64,000 nt of DNA, from assembly GCA_030390025.1 (NCBI GenBank), contig CM059432.1, positions 37,574,001-37,638,000 on the forward strand, written 5' to 3'. The notes beneath the pieces are model-generated. The model was not told the origin of the DNA. It ran no database searches and worked only from the letters and a program-made list of their open reading frames with translations. The position numbers were made by a program, and so were the translations under genes. Shown here piece by piece: positions 25,648 to 38,414 of the stretch. This DNA comes from Squalus acanthias (taxonomy: Eukaryota). Positions within the stretch are counted from its first letter, which is position 1. Every line of letters starts with the position of its first letter.

Positions 25648-25892
25648 CAAAGAAAGGATGGAAGCGCTAAATCAGGCGCTAACGGCCTAGCTCAGTGGCG
25701 TTACACTCAAAGTGCTAACCAATATCAGGTGCAGTCTAATCGCAAGTCATCATTGCCACAGGCTCTTTCCAGTTCTTAAGGGGGAGGTTCATTGATGCTG
25801 CAGAACCTCATTCTCACATTGCTGCCTGTGAACCTGTGTCAGCAAGCAGGAGCAGGCCAAGCCCAAGGAGACGGACAACTTAAGCAGGTGTC

Positions 25893-27800
25893 ATGATGGC
25901 AGATCCACGCCCCAGGGAGAGAGCCCACAGATTATTGGACCAAGCATTGGAGGCATTGGTCTTCGCTGTGGAGAGATGGACGGCGGTGCTCTACCCAGCA
26001 AGTGGCAGGAGGCCCTCGCCGCAAGTCTTCCGTGCCATGTGGAGGGAGGTTGCCCAGCATGTCTGGGCAGCACTGTGGTCCCCAGGACCCACACACAGTG
26101 CAGGAAGAAATTTAACGACCTCACTTGGGTGGTCAGGGTGAGTCAATGCTTCAACTAATGCTACATACCACCATCTGAACCACAGTCATCACACACTGCC
26201 CAAAGCACCACACCCCCAGCACTCACCCACCAACAATCTCCACCTACCAACACTCACACCCACATCTCACACCTTGCATACAATGACAGCTATTCAACTA
26301 TGGCAGGCACATCTCCCAAGCACATTGCTCCACACTCACTCACACACTTTTATTTCTCTTGCAGACCAAGGCCGCTCACAACAGGAGGGAGCAGGAGCGC
26401 ACAGGTGGGGGACAAGCTGACACCCAACCACTCTCTGTGCTGGAAAGTAGAGCGCTGGAGATTATTGGGCACCAGGTGGTGGGCGCCGTGGCCACTGGCA
26501 ACGTTGATCCCCTTGGGGACAACAACGGTATGTTCATCCCTACTCCTTCTTCTCACATCCCACTTCCTCCTCACCCCACAAGCCTTTCGCACTTTCCAGC
26601 TAATCATGCTGTATGCATGCATTTCTCCCTTCCTGTCCCCCTCCCCTCACCTTAACCTGACTCTTGTGCCTTTATGCTTTCAGATAATGAACAAGCACCT
26701 GAGCAGCCTGTCCCTGAGGGCACCGTTGAGAGTGAGGCGGGAGAAGAGAAGGAGGAAGAACACACCGCGTCACTGCATGTCTCACCCGCAGACACCAGCT
26801 CAGATACTGGCACTACGCATTCTTTAGAGGCTAGTATAGTAGCGGGAACTGCACAGGGTGATGCATTGGGAATGAACGGGCTGCAGCAAGGCCAGGGGGA
26901 AATTGTAGCTCGGGGGCCAGCTCCCCAGAAGGCAAGTTCGCGCACGAGTTCTGCTGCACAGGACTCAGATGAGGACCTCGATGGGGAGGCCTTTAGAAGA
27001 AGAGTGATGGGCATGCACATGGAGATGATAGGTGCAATGGCAAGGGTGCCCGAGAGCCTCTCGCAATGGTAAGGAGCATGGAGGAGTCCACCTCCAACAT
27101 TGCACAGAGCTCTGCACACACCATGGAGCCAATCATTTGCAGTCTGCAAAGGATGGTCGACTCCCAGAGAGACCATGGCAACCCAGACCTGATGCCGTGT
27201 GTGATGGGCGATTAAGCAGTTTCCATTGCAGCACAGGCGGAAGTGACACAACATCTTAGTGTTGTAATGCAGTCTATGCTTGGTGGCATCCAATCTCAGA
27301 CTGCTCTCATGCAGTCTTAGCTTGATGCCACGCAAGCTCTGACTGCTGCCATCGTGACTGGGTCTACCACCGTCGACCGGGGCTTTCACGGTGTCGCAGC
27401 AGGCCAGCAATCTGTGCTGCAATGGATTGCTAGGGATGCTGTGATGCTGCCCCGGGGGAGTGGAAGTGGGTTGGTGGAGCAGGAACCTGCTGTCCTCTCT
27501 CAGGATGATAGCATTCCTGCTCCCACCCCTGCCACTCCGCCATTGCCCTTGTTGCTGCCTGTCATCCAGCCAGCCCAGACTGCTGCCGCCCATGCTGAGG
27601 TGGTGCAGTCTACAGCCGGGCCTTCCAGGCCCAGAGCTGGTCGAGGGCGTCCTGCAAGGCCATCTGAAGTCTCCCGCACGGACACTCAGCAACCTTGCAC
27701 CAGCCGTGCTGCAGCCACTGGGCCAACACTTCGTAGGAGCACTAGAGTAGGCAAAGGCACAGTAACGAGAGGCATTAAGGAATTGCACAAGGTTGAATAG
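25893..27800 (+). pseudogene. Harbinger Myb/SANT-like DNA-binding protein gene (3 exons: ~25893-26137, 26365-26527, 26684-27800), frameshifted
   Basis: W.EVA...RT..QCRKKFNDL trihelix motif; canonical splice sites; frameshifts and stops. Confidence 0.8.
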
Positions 27801-27965
27801 TTAGGATTGTTGTTGTAACTATGTGTTCACTGATTATTGATAAATTTATTAATTCAGTTTGGATTATTTTGTGGTGTCTCTCATTTCAACCTTGCGCTGT
27901 GAAATGGCCTGTGACAGGGATGGAATGATGGGTATGTGGTGAGCAACGGGGATCTGGGGTTTAAT

Positions 27966-29841
27966 TTATTGGAACCGCAGTCTGATGAGGCGGTCACGGA
28001 CTGTCCTTCCGGAAGGCCAATTGAGTGGCTGCCTCCTCCCTCGCTCCTGATCCTCCTCCTCCTCCTCCTCCTCCTCGTCTTCCGCTTCCTGCTCTTCCTC
28101 CTCGTCCTCCTCCTCGCCCTCTTCCTCCTCCTGAGGTGATCCCTGGTGGCAAGGGCTGGACCCTCATGATGGCCAAATTGTGGAGCATGCAGCAGACGAT
28201 GATGAATTGAGACACCCGTTCAGCCGATTACTGGAGGGCTCCTCCCGAGCGGTCAAGGCAGCGGAACCGTTGCTTGAGCACCCTGATGGTCTGCTCGATG
28301 ATGTTCCTGGTGGTGACATGGCTCTCATTATATGAGTGCTGGGCAGGAGTGTTGGGGTTGTGGATGGGAGTCATGAGCCAGGTGGAGAGCGGATAGCCCT
28401 TGTCTCCGACCAGCCAGCCGCGAGCTTGATGTGGTGGCTGGAAGAGTGCTGGCACTGCGGTCTGGCGCAGGATGAAGGCATCGTGGCTGCTGCCAGGATA
28501 GCGGGCATTCACATTGAGAATTCACTGTGTGTGGTCACACACCAACTGCACATTAAGTGAGTGGTAGCCTTTCCGGTTACGGAAGATGTCAGGATTGTTA
28601 TGCGGTGCCCGCAAAGCCACGTGGGTGCAGTCAATGGCGCCCTGCACCATGGGGAATCTCGCTATCCTGGCAAAGCCACATGCATGCTCGTCCTGCTTCT
28701 CTCTGGTGATGGGGAAGGAAATGTAGTCCCTTCTCCTACTGTAGAGAGCCTCTGTGACCTCCCGAATGCAGCGATGGACGGCGTCTGCGAGATGTGAGCT
28801 ATGTCTCCTGTTGCAGACTGGAAGGAACCGCTGGCGAAAAAATTGAGGGTGACGGTGACCTTGACTGTCACTGAGAGCGCCGTGGTCACCCTGATCTGAG
28901 GCTCGAGGTCTGGTTGCAGGAGGTTGTACGAAAGGCAGATATTTAGTAGACGAGAATCATATATGTATAACTTCAAGTGTAGCCATTGACCAAATAATAT
29001 TACCCATAATTACTCCTGGGTAATTAAAAAGCTAAGACTTATTCAAAATGCAGCTGCAAAGACAGTCAAACAGCGCTGATATGGGCCCTTGGTATAAAGG
29101 CCTTGTACCAGGGAGGCAGGAAATGAAAGAGATAAAGTAAATTCCAATGGGGTGAAAAACTATAAACAAGGCAACAGGAGTGTTGGGGTTGTGGACGGGA
29201 GTCAAAAGCCAGGTGGAGAGCGGAAAGACGGGATGCTACCTTCGTCTGAGTGACAATGGTATTTTGACCATTAGAACCAATTAAAAAAGGTGATTTTGTT
29301 AAAGACCATATATGGACACTGGCCAAACGAACTGTTGATAAGGAATGGGTTAAAACTTCGATATTCAAAGAACAACTTTACATAGACTTACTGCGAGAAC
29401 AAAGGAACAGACTTAAGACGACGTCATCTGTGTCCGAGAGGTTCCAGAGACCAAGGGCTGCGAGCTACTTGTTAAAACTATCGCCTAATATTAAGTATTG
29501 ATTACGCTGTATGCTTAATAAATCTGATCTATAGCTCAAACATACTGGCTGCTGCCTATTGGTGTCTTGTCCAAGAACTCAGAGATCATTAAAGATCTTA
29601 CAAGATGGCAGAGTTCTGTGACCACGTCCTTGCTGAAGCGGAGCCTTCTAATACACTGCTCCTCGCTTAATTGAAGGTAGGAGAAATTCTGTCGGAATAC
29701 CCTGGGAGGGTAAGGCCTCCTGTTGAGAGCCCTGATGGCCCTCCTCCTCCCTCTGGCCTCATGTTCCAATCTTTCTCGCTGCCTCCGCTCTCTCCGCAGT
29801 AGATCCTGGAGGGCGAGGTCGACTGCCAGTACAGCCCCCAT
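27966..29841 (-). pseudogene. Harbinger DDE transposase (HARBI1-like), disrupted and split by an LTR-like insert
   Basis: [58 protein letters not shown]. Confidence 0.9.
28925..29602 (+). mobile_element. Solo LTR-like element (678 bp) carrying a copy of the host Harbinger sequence
   Basis: TGTACGA...TCTTACA termini; imperfect TSD aggt/agat; CCAAT near 29145, TATAAA at 29161, AATAAA near 29517. It splits the codons for ELCH|LLQPDLEP. Confidence 0.8.
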
Positions 29842-32800
29842 TAATGTAACGATGTGTAGCACTTTGTTATGTTGTGAGAATAAATGTAACTAATTATTCG
29901 TAGCCACAACAGTCTGGAGACTAAACAACCTTTAAATGGCTGATTTAAACTGTTGCACAATGTCAATCTGACAAGGAAGCAATGAAACTGCACTAACCTG
30001 ACAGCTGCAACTCATTACTCATGATCCCTGGAGCCGGCTACTGACTGCTTCACGCCTCCTCTTCCTGTCGCTGTCGGGGCAAGGCGCTAAGGCAGGGGGC
30101 GATACTCAATTTGGCAGATTGGGCGCTGAGTGCGCATTGCACGCTTGCTGACGTCACGATCTGCTTGGCGCTGAAGTCCCTGGCGCTAACGCGTAGCGGC
30201 GGTGCTACGGGGGGGGGGGGGGGGCCGAATTTGGTGTGCGGCGCTGGATTCGCCTCGCCGCGGCCCGAATTTCTCCCCCTTTGAGATCTCTTTGTATGTG
30301 AGGAGAATTGGGGAATTCTGTAGGTGGTTGTTTGGATTCTCATTTTAGTTCAGGAAAAGTAATCAAGTTTTCATAAAGCAAGTGAGGGACACTTACTGTC
30401 AGAAGGCTGGTACTGCAGGATATTTTTCTATTTTCAGATAAACTCGACGCGTTTACTTCATGTTTTAGTTAGGAATCTGACTGGCCCACTGAGTTGGAGT
30501 AATTATTTCCCCTTGGGGCCTAGCACTGAATGAAGTTGAACAGCTCTCCTGGTGGATTCGTAGGTAAAGGCACTGCCTGGTGTAATAGAGACCTGAGGAT
30601 CCAGGGACGAATTTCCTCTTCAATTACGCTAAATCAGATGGAGAACCATTCCACTGGCTCCTGGCTCCACCCCTCTGTGCTACCTCTGGGATTTCCTGCT
30701 AGAAGTGACATCAGGCATACACTAAATAGGTCCAAATATGGGGCGTGTATTGTAATTAGATACACATAAAGCAAATATTTAATGCGGCAGCAAATGATGG
30801 GGAAAATTTAAATGTTAAAGGGCCACAGGGCGATTGATTGCACTAGTCAAAAATTGAAAAAAAATCAACTTCAGCAAGCACCAGCAGCTACGTTATTCTC
30901 TGGCAGGTTCCACAACCATTTCATTCCCCTTTTTACCTGAGGTGGGCGTGTGGGAACGGAGCCTGGCAAAATAATTCAAAATGCTCTGACTCAGAGAATC
31001 GTGGAATCACACAGCACAGAAGGAGGCCATTTGGCCCATCGTGCCTGTGCCGGCTATCCTAGTAGTCTCACTCCCGGGCTCTTCCCCACAGCCCAGCAAA
31101 TTTTTCCCCTTTCAAGTATATCAATTCCCTTTTGAAAGTTACTTTTGAAAGTTATCTTACTCAGAAAAAGATCAGTGAAACGTTGAGCCCTTCAGCAGAA
31201 TTCTAATAAAGGGCTATGGCTGAAATATTCGCATTTTTCCTCTTTACAGATGCCGCCCCAGTTGCTGAGTGTTTCCGGTATTTTGTTTTTGTTTAAGAAG
31301 CCAGCCACTTTGGAAAAGGAGAGAAGTGGAGAAATTTGGCCAAAAAAAAGGAAATCCAGTCCAGAGAAATGGAATTTAATGAGTAACCGGACCTACAGTA
31401 TTCTGTTCCGTAATGTTTCCACCACATAACATTCAAAGTTAATTGAAAGGAAAGGGAAAGTCCGGAGAAGTATCTTTTATTCAAAGTTCTTCCATTTGTG
31501 CTTGGAAAACAAATTAGCCATAAATATATAGTTTGCATGCTATTAAAATAGTGTTAACTTTCCTCAGCTAGTCCAACAACATGAATGATGGGGATGGGCT
31601 TACTGTGTCACAGAGCTGTTCTATTCATTTCAGTGCAACTTCAGACCAGCCTGGGAGACAATCTGGTGACACCTGGCTTCGAGAAAGCTCTCTACTTGTT
31701 CGGTACCAGTCAGTGGTATCCAGCCAGCTCCTAGTCCAGCATGAAGTGCAGGCCCATCGAAGTGAATGAAGCCAAGCACATTTCTTTTGGCATTGAGCGC
31801 TTAACTAAATTCCAGGTTTTCTTGTGGCGTCAGGAACAGCTGCAAATGAAAGATTGAGCACCAACACCAAAAAATAGTGGTTAAGTAAAAACAAATTCGA
31901 CCCCATCACATGTTAGAATTAGCACAGATGACTTGACATGGCACAACGACCCATAACAAATCCTGCAAGTTTTAAAGTTTGCTGCCTGCACTAAGATTTA
32001 CTGTCCGAGTGCCATCATTTGGCGGAAAAGATCCCGGATGCACGGAAAATGCCAGTTCCTGAGCAATAATAAATTCCTTACGCTCTGGATATTTTCAAGC
32101 CACAAAGTTGTACTGTATCGGTCAGTCAAAATAAACTGAAAATCAGCTTGCTGTTCTAATCATGGAATTTGATTGCAGGAATCTGCTGAATGTTTTGGCC
32201 ACCACAACAGCCTTACTTGCAAAAGATCGAATAAGGAGGAGCAGCTCTAATACACATTACACAGCATCCCACCCTGGGGCATGATCAAGGCAATTGGATT
32301 TGACTTGACATTTATAAACTGTTCAAGCTTCACTCTCACAGTTTAGAACACAATTTCAACTCATTGAAGTGCTCCTGCCTTTTAACACATTGCTTTATCC
32401 AAAGTATTGTCAAAGGTGTAGAATGTTTCAGCACCTTCTAACAAGCTTGTTTTAAAAAGTCCAAACAGTACAGCTGTCTCTCTATTACTGAAGGCTGTTT
32501 GTACAATTTAGAAAGTTCAGAATGTGTTTGAATGTCATGAGATTTTTCACAATTCTTTCTCGGGATCTGGGCATCGCTGGCAAGGCCGGCATTTATTGTC
32601 CATCCCTAGTTGCCCTTGAGAAGGTGTTGGTGAGCCGCCTTCTTGAACCGCTGCAGTCCGTGTGGTGAAGGTACTCCCACAGTGCTGTTAGGGAGGGAGT
32701 TCCAGGATTTTGACCCAGTAAGGATGAAGGAACACAGACTGTAAAATGACAACAATCATTATTTCTCTCAACAAAATGAATCGAATGAGATTAGATGGTC

Positions 32801-34166
32801 AGTGACTATTCTTTTTCCACAATGGACATAAGGCAGTCGAAAGAGTTAATCACACAGCAATTAAACTTTTAAAATTGGTAAGTCCCAAAACATTACTCAC
32901 CAGTCCTAAAATGCCTCACTCTATTGCACAGTTCTGAGTTTCGATAAATTCATGTATTATAGACTCAATAGCCCAATAATTTAGCTTCCAAATTGCAAAA
33001 TAATCGCTATACATCCTCCTAGGATTTATGTGACATCCTGCAGTGAGGCAAGTTCACACCTCTCCTATCGATAGCATTATTTTGATCTTACTGAGGTTGC
33101 AGGGCTACTGCTGTGCATACAAGAAACTCTGCAGGAAATGGGAGCTCTGGCAGTGCTGTAGCAAGAGATCCACTGAAAAACGAGACAGAGTAATGGATGG
33201 AAAATTGCAGGTAGCGCACCTGCGATATCCCAATATGTGCGGCCAGCAGCAAGGTTCCTCTGGCAGCTCATACTTGGAACATCATCCCCAGAGTGTAAAT
33301 GGACAACTGCTGCCTGCAAACTCAGCGGGAAAAAAAGGAATCTGGCTTGTACACCACATAGTGGATTAACCATGCTGCAGCATTTTCATTGAGCTCATCA
33401 CATAAAATATGAGGTGGGACTCCTGCTTTCAATGGTTTTATCATTCCCAACCAGCCGCTGCTGGTATAAGAACATAAGAACATAAGAATTGGGAGCAGGA
33501 GTAGGCCATACGGCCCCTTGAGCCTGCTCCGCCAGTCAATAAGATCATGGCTGATCTTCGGCCTCAACTCCACTTTCCCGCCCAATCTCCATATCCCTTG
33601 ATTCCCTTAGAGTCCAAAAATCTATCTATCTCAGCTTTGAATATACTCAGCGACTGAGCACCCACAGTACTTTGGGGCAGGGAATTCCAAAGATTCACAT
33701 CCCTCTGAATGAAGAAATTCCTCCTCATCTCAGTCTTAAAAGGCTGACCCCTTCCGTTTCCTAAGACTATGCCCCCTAGTTCTAAACTCTACAGCCAAGG
33801 GAAACAATCTCTCAGCATCTATCCTGTCAATCCTCCTCAGAATCTTATATGTTTCAATGAGATCACCTCTCATTCTTCTAAACTCCAGAGAGTATAGGCC
33901 CAATCTACTCAATCCCTCCTCATAGGACAACCATCACACCCCAGGAATCAATCTAGTGAACCTTTGTTGCACCGCCTCTAAGGCAAGTTTATCCTTCCTT
34001 AAATAAGGAGACCAAAACTGTGCACAGTACTCCAGGTGTGGTCTCACCAAAGCCCTGTACAATTGTAGCAAGACTTCCTTACTCTTGTACTCCAACCCCC
34101 TAGCAATAAAGGCCAACATGCCATTTGCCTTCCTAATTGCTTACTGTACCTGCATACTAACTCTCT

Positions 34167-36252
34167 GGTGGCGATTTTCCAGCCCCGAGGAGGCGGGTTT
34201 GGAGGCGGGACAGTTGGCAAAATCGCAAAAAGTGAGGGTGGGTTTGGAACCTGCCTCCAACCCGCCTCCGCGCAATTTTGCCGGAGGCGGGTTTCATGGG
34301 TGTGATTCGGTCATGCCTCCATCAGTCGGGAGAGGTAGTTAAGACCCTTAAATAGTCGTTAAGGGCCTCTATAATCCTATTTTGACAGGCCTTTGTTATT
34401 TTGCCACATTTTGTGCGTGTTGCACGACCCTCCTAAACCACGCCAGCTAATCCTGGCGGGTTGACAAGTGGGTGGCCTCCTCACAGCTGCAGCTCCACCA
34501 TTAAAACGGAGCTTTCATCAGGGAGTAGTTGCAGGTGGCAGAACTATTGTTCCACAGGTCTTTCAGCACTTTTAGCAGGCCTACAGAAGTCGGAGGTGCT
34601 GCAGCTTCTATCTCTCAACTGTGGGACCTCCTTGGAAGACCCTCTCCCCGTTGGACTGAGCACTTTCCCAACGGAGGTATCTGCCAGCAGCATGGGAACC
34701 ATTTATTTCCTTTCATCATGGACCTCAGATTTGGATGAGGAGCAGCCACGGCAGCAGCAGAATTAGGCAGCTCAGCAGCAGGAGCGCCAACCTCCTGCTC
34801 ACCCACCTGATGCTGCACAGGGCAGAAGGTGCCAGCGTATGGAAGCACATCGCCGCAGGAGATACCCCTCTCCCAGGATTTACAGACAGAGGATGAGCTA
34901 CCTCAACATGAGTGAGCAGCAGTGCCAAAGGAGGCTGAGACTTTCGCGAGAGGTTGTCGGAGACATCTGCACACTGCTGCACCAACACCTGGAGCCCAGA
35001 GGAGTGGGTGGACACCCCTTACCAGTGGCTGTCAAAGTCACCACCGCACTCAACTTTTTTGCCTCAGGCTCCTTCCAGGGATCATCAGCAGACATCAGCG
35101 GCATCTCCCAGTTGGCCGCCACAGTTGCATCACGCAGGTTACTGATGCCCTTTTTGCAAAGGCGTACAATTACATCCACTTCTCAAGGGATCAAGCAAGT
35201 ATAACCGCGCGTTCAGTTGGTTTTGCAAATATGGCAGGCTTGACAATGGTGCAGGGCGTCATAGACTGCACACATGTGGCGCTTAGGGCACCCCATCACA
35301 ACCCAGCTATCTTTGTCAACTGCAAGGGCTTCCACTCCCTCAACGTACAGCTGGTGTGTAACCACAAGAAGGAGATTTTGCATGTTTGCGCCAAGTTCTG
35401 TGGTAGTTGCCATGACTCGTTCATCCTGCGGAACCCTAGTGTTCCTCCGCTCTTCAATCTGCCAAACCAACTTAACGGATGGCTCCTTGGTGACAAGGGC
35501 TATCCCCTGAAGAAGTGGCTAATGCCACCAATCAGGAGGCCAGCTAATGAGGCTGAGGAGCGCTACAACGCCAGCCACATTTCGACCAGGTCCATCATCG
35601 AGCAAACCATTGGCTTGCTGAAGATGCGATTCAGATGCCTTGACAGATCAGGTGGAGCCCTGCAGTATTCAGCAGCCAGGGTCTCCAGAATGGTCATGGT
35701 CTGCTGTTCACTGCACAACATGGCTTGTAGCTTCCTGATGAGCAAGTGGCTCAGTTCATAGCCCCCTCAGATGAGGAGGAGGAGGAGGAGGACTGAGCGG
35801 CGGCATATCTACCAGCAGCAGCGGCAGCACACGAGCACATGGCTGCCCGTGATGCAAGGAATGCACTCATCCTGGCCAGATTTGCATAGGTTGCCCATTG
35901 TGGCACATGTGCTTGGCTCCTTATTAACACATGATAGACAATGGACATGGCTCTCTGGCCTCCTTTCACTCTGACCACCAACCTGACCACGCAAGTGTCA
36001 CGGAGCCCGCAATGTGGAGCTGCCTAAGCCAAAATAACAGATGCCATCACGCCAACAGTTTGCCATCACCTAATTTTAAAACATTCATACAGGGATGGCA
36101 TTTCATCAATAAACAGAAACAATCTCACAATCTGCACACAGATCTGGAGGTTATATCCCTTGCCAGCTGGACCCACACAGGCTTGGTTTCTTTGGGAGGC
36201 CTCTTCCTCCCAGATGAGGGGAAGAGCACCTCCCTGCTAGCTCTCGCCCCCT
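34167..36252. mobile_element. Harbinger transposon B, right end deleted
   Basis: Left end ggtggcgattttcc; transposase 34692-35889 (+, frameshifted) clearly homologous to element C; Myb exon-1 remnant on the minus strand at 36125-36250. Confidence 0.85.
34692..35889 (+). pseudogene. Harbinger DDE transposase pseudogene
   Basis: [20 protein letters not shown] and IEQTIG motifs; frameshifts near 35120 and 35725. Confidence 0.88.
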
Positions 36253-36502
36253 CATTATACTCCATCTGCCACTTTATTGCCCACTCACTTAACCTGTCTA
36301 TATCCCTTTGCAGGCTCTTTGTGTCCTCCTCACAGCTTACTTTCCCACATAGCTTTGTATCGTCAGCAAACTTGGATACATTACACTTGGTCCCTTCATC
36401 TAAGTCATTAATATAGATTGTAAATAGCTGAGGCCTAAGCACTGATCCTTGCGGCACCCCACTAGTTACAGTCTACCAATCTGAAAATTACCCAGTTATC
36501 CC

Positions 36503-36696
36503 TGTGGTAACACAATACAGCTTCCTGTGACTCGAACTTTATTGCATCACTTCCTGTGATTAGTCCAGGATAAATACTGGACTGAGCAGTTGGATCCTGG
36601 AGAGGCATAGAGTAAGACCTCTTTTGTATGTAGCACCTTTTTAGTTGATTAAAGCTTACTTTAAGTTCACCACACGTAAGGCTCATTCTTACGACA
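36503..36696 (-). mobile_element. Short solo LTR (194 bp)
   Basis: TGTGGTAA...TTACGACA termini; 5-bp TSD atccc (36498-36502, 36697-36701); interrupts the CR1. Confidence 0.8.
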
Positions 36697-38414
36697 ATCC
36701 CTACTCTGTTTTCTATCCGTTAACCAATCCTCTTTAATGCTGATACATTACCCCCAACCCCATGTGCCCTTATCCTGCTTAACAACCTTTTATGTGGCAC
36801 CTTATCGAATGCCTTTTGGAAATCCAAATATACTACATCCACTGGTTCCCCTTTATCTACCCTGATAGTTACATCCTCAAAAAACTCTAATAAATTTGTC
36901 AAACACGATTTCCCTTTCATAAAACCATGTTGGCTCTGCCTAATCATATTATGATTTTCTAAGTGCCCTGTTACCATTTCCTTAATAATGGATTCCAGCA
37001 TTTTCCTGCACTCCGGCATTGAATTTCTGTGAGGGTTCTCCCGAACGTTCGATGTAACTTCAGCAGAAGATTGGCAGAACACCTGGAGAAACAGCTTAAA
37101 TTCAACCCCTCCCTGTTCAGTGGGTGTGAACTCCCAACTCAAGTCGGAGCCATGGGCTGCATAGTCCAGAAGAATGGCATTTCTCCCAGTATAAATTACA
37201 TAAACAATCACTTCCAAAATAACATTGAGCAAAATGGCAACATGCTTGTGATCCGTCGATATGATTTCAGCTTACGGAAATGCATGGCAGCCTGCAATGA
37301 CCCAGTTGCATTAATGCTCAGGATAGCCTAGATCTTCCAGGACCTACCCCTGGAAATCTGGGTCAAAGACTGCTGGCTCGATGGGCTGCCTTGAGATGAA
37401 AGCATCGTGGTAGTTATCAGGAAAGCAAGCTGGAGATTGTGAGTGGGATCGTTTCCTGCTGACGTATGTGATACCATTGATCAAGGCAATACCTTGACCC
37501 TGGGTAAGCCTGCAGCTTTGTAAAAGTTGCAGTGCTTTGCTATGCTGGCACAGGTCATCAATGGGGAAAGTGGATGCACCAGCAGATAATTTACCTGTTA
37601 TTTGCTTAAGGTATCTGTGCATAGCTGATTGACTGGTGTTCCTAATGCCCCCAGTGGCAGCCTGGAATGACTCAGTTGCATAAATTCAGGGCAGCTGTGA
37701 CTCTTACAGTCACTAGCAGTGCAGTGTCTATGGTAAAAGTGGGCTATAGGTCAGCTTCCAGCATGTGGCATCGCTCAGTGATGTCTTCTTCTGTAATGCA
37801 CCATTCGCAAGCACTTTTCCGGGACAACTGGACATAGGTGTGCTCGGCCTGTATATTCTCTTGTGAGGGTGCTGGCACACTCCCTCCTCATTTCCTCTCA
37901 GTTCATACCGCCACTCTTCCTCCTCACTCCCTCTCAGTTATAGCTGGCCCTTTCCCTCCCCATTCCTTCTCAGTTATTGCTAACTCTGCTCCTCACTCCC
38001 TCTCAGTTAATGCTGGCACTCTCCTTCCTCCTCCATCCCAAAATGTCACTCCCAGCTTCTTTCGTCTTCCCCCCCCGGCCCCCCCCCCGCCGCCCCCGCC
38101 AAAGCACTGCTCCCAGGTTCGTTTCCTTCCCTCTCCCCTTCATTACCACCTATTTCCCTCTCCCTCACTGCCATCCATTTCCCTCTCCCAGCCCATTCTG
38201 TCCGACCTGGGTGCAGCTGCATCAATCTGGGTCACTCTCTCCTCTCAGGGCCGCTCTGAGCGCTAATGGAAGGGACAGCGACTTCTCTATACTGTGGGCA
38301 GGAAGGCCATTTGTGTAATGCCTCGCAACACTGGATGCCCATTTCAGATGAAGTGATAATGATGGAATCTAGAACGTACGATGTCACCATGTCATCACTG
38401 CCTCATTTAAATAC

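Larger units (their letters stand above)
25430..30279. mobile_element. PIF/Harbinger transposon A (full span, decayed)
   Basis: TIRs GGGGTAGAAATTC / GAATTTCTCCCCC (12/13); 3-bp TSD ttt; convergent Myb-like and transposase genes. Confidence 0.9.
33468..37007 (-). mobile_element. CR1 LINE fragment (33468-34166 and 36253-37007) with nested Harbinger B and a short LTR
   Basis: RT motifs [42 protein letters not shown] and RPHLEYC; (aagaacat)n tail. Confidence 0.9.

Noticed and set aside
26652..27788. 378-aa minus-strand ORF
   Set aside because: Antisense shadow of the GC-rich Harbinger Myb exon 3.
29017..29060. IKKLRLIQNAAA peptide resembling the L2 RT C-terminal motif, inside the LTR-like element
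   Set aside because: Too short, with low nucleotide identity to the L2 copies here; cannot be distinguished from chance as a second captured segment.
33043..33373. ORFs with possible minus-strand splice signals
   Set aside because: No protein similarity recognised and no phase-compatible neighbouring exons.
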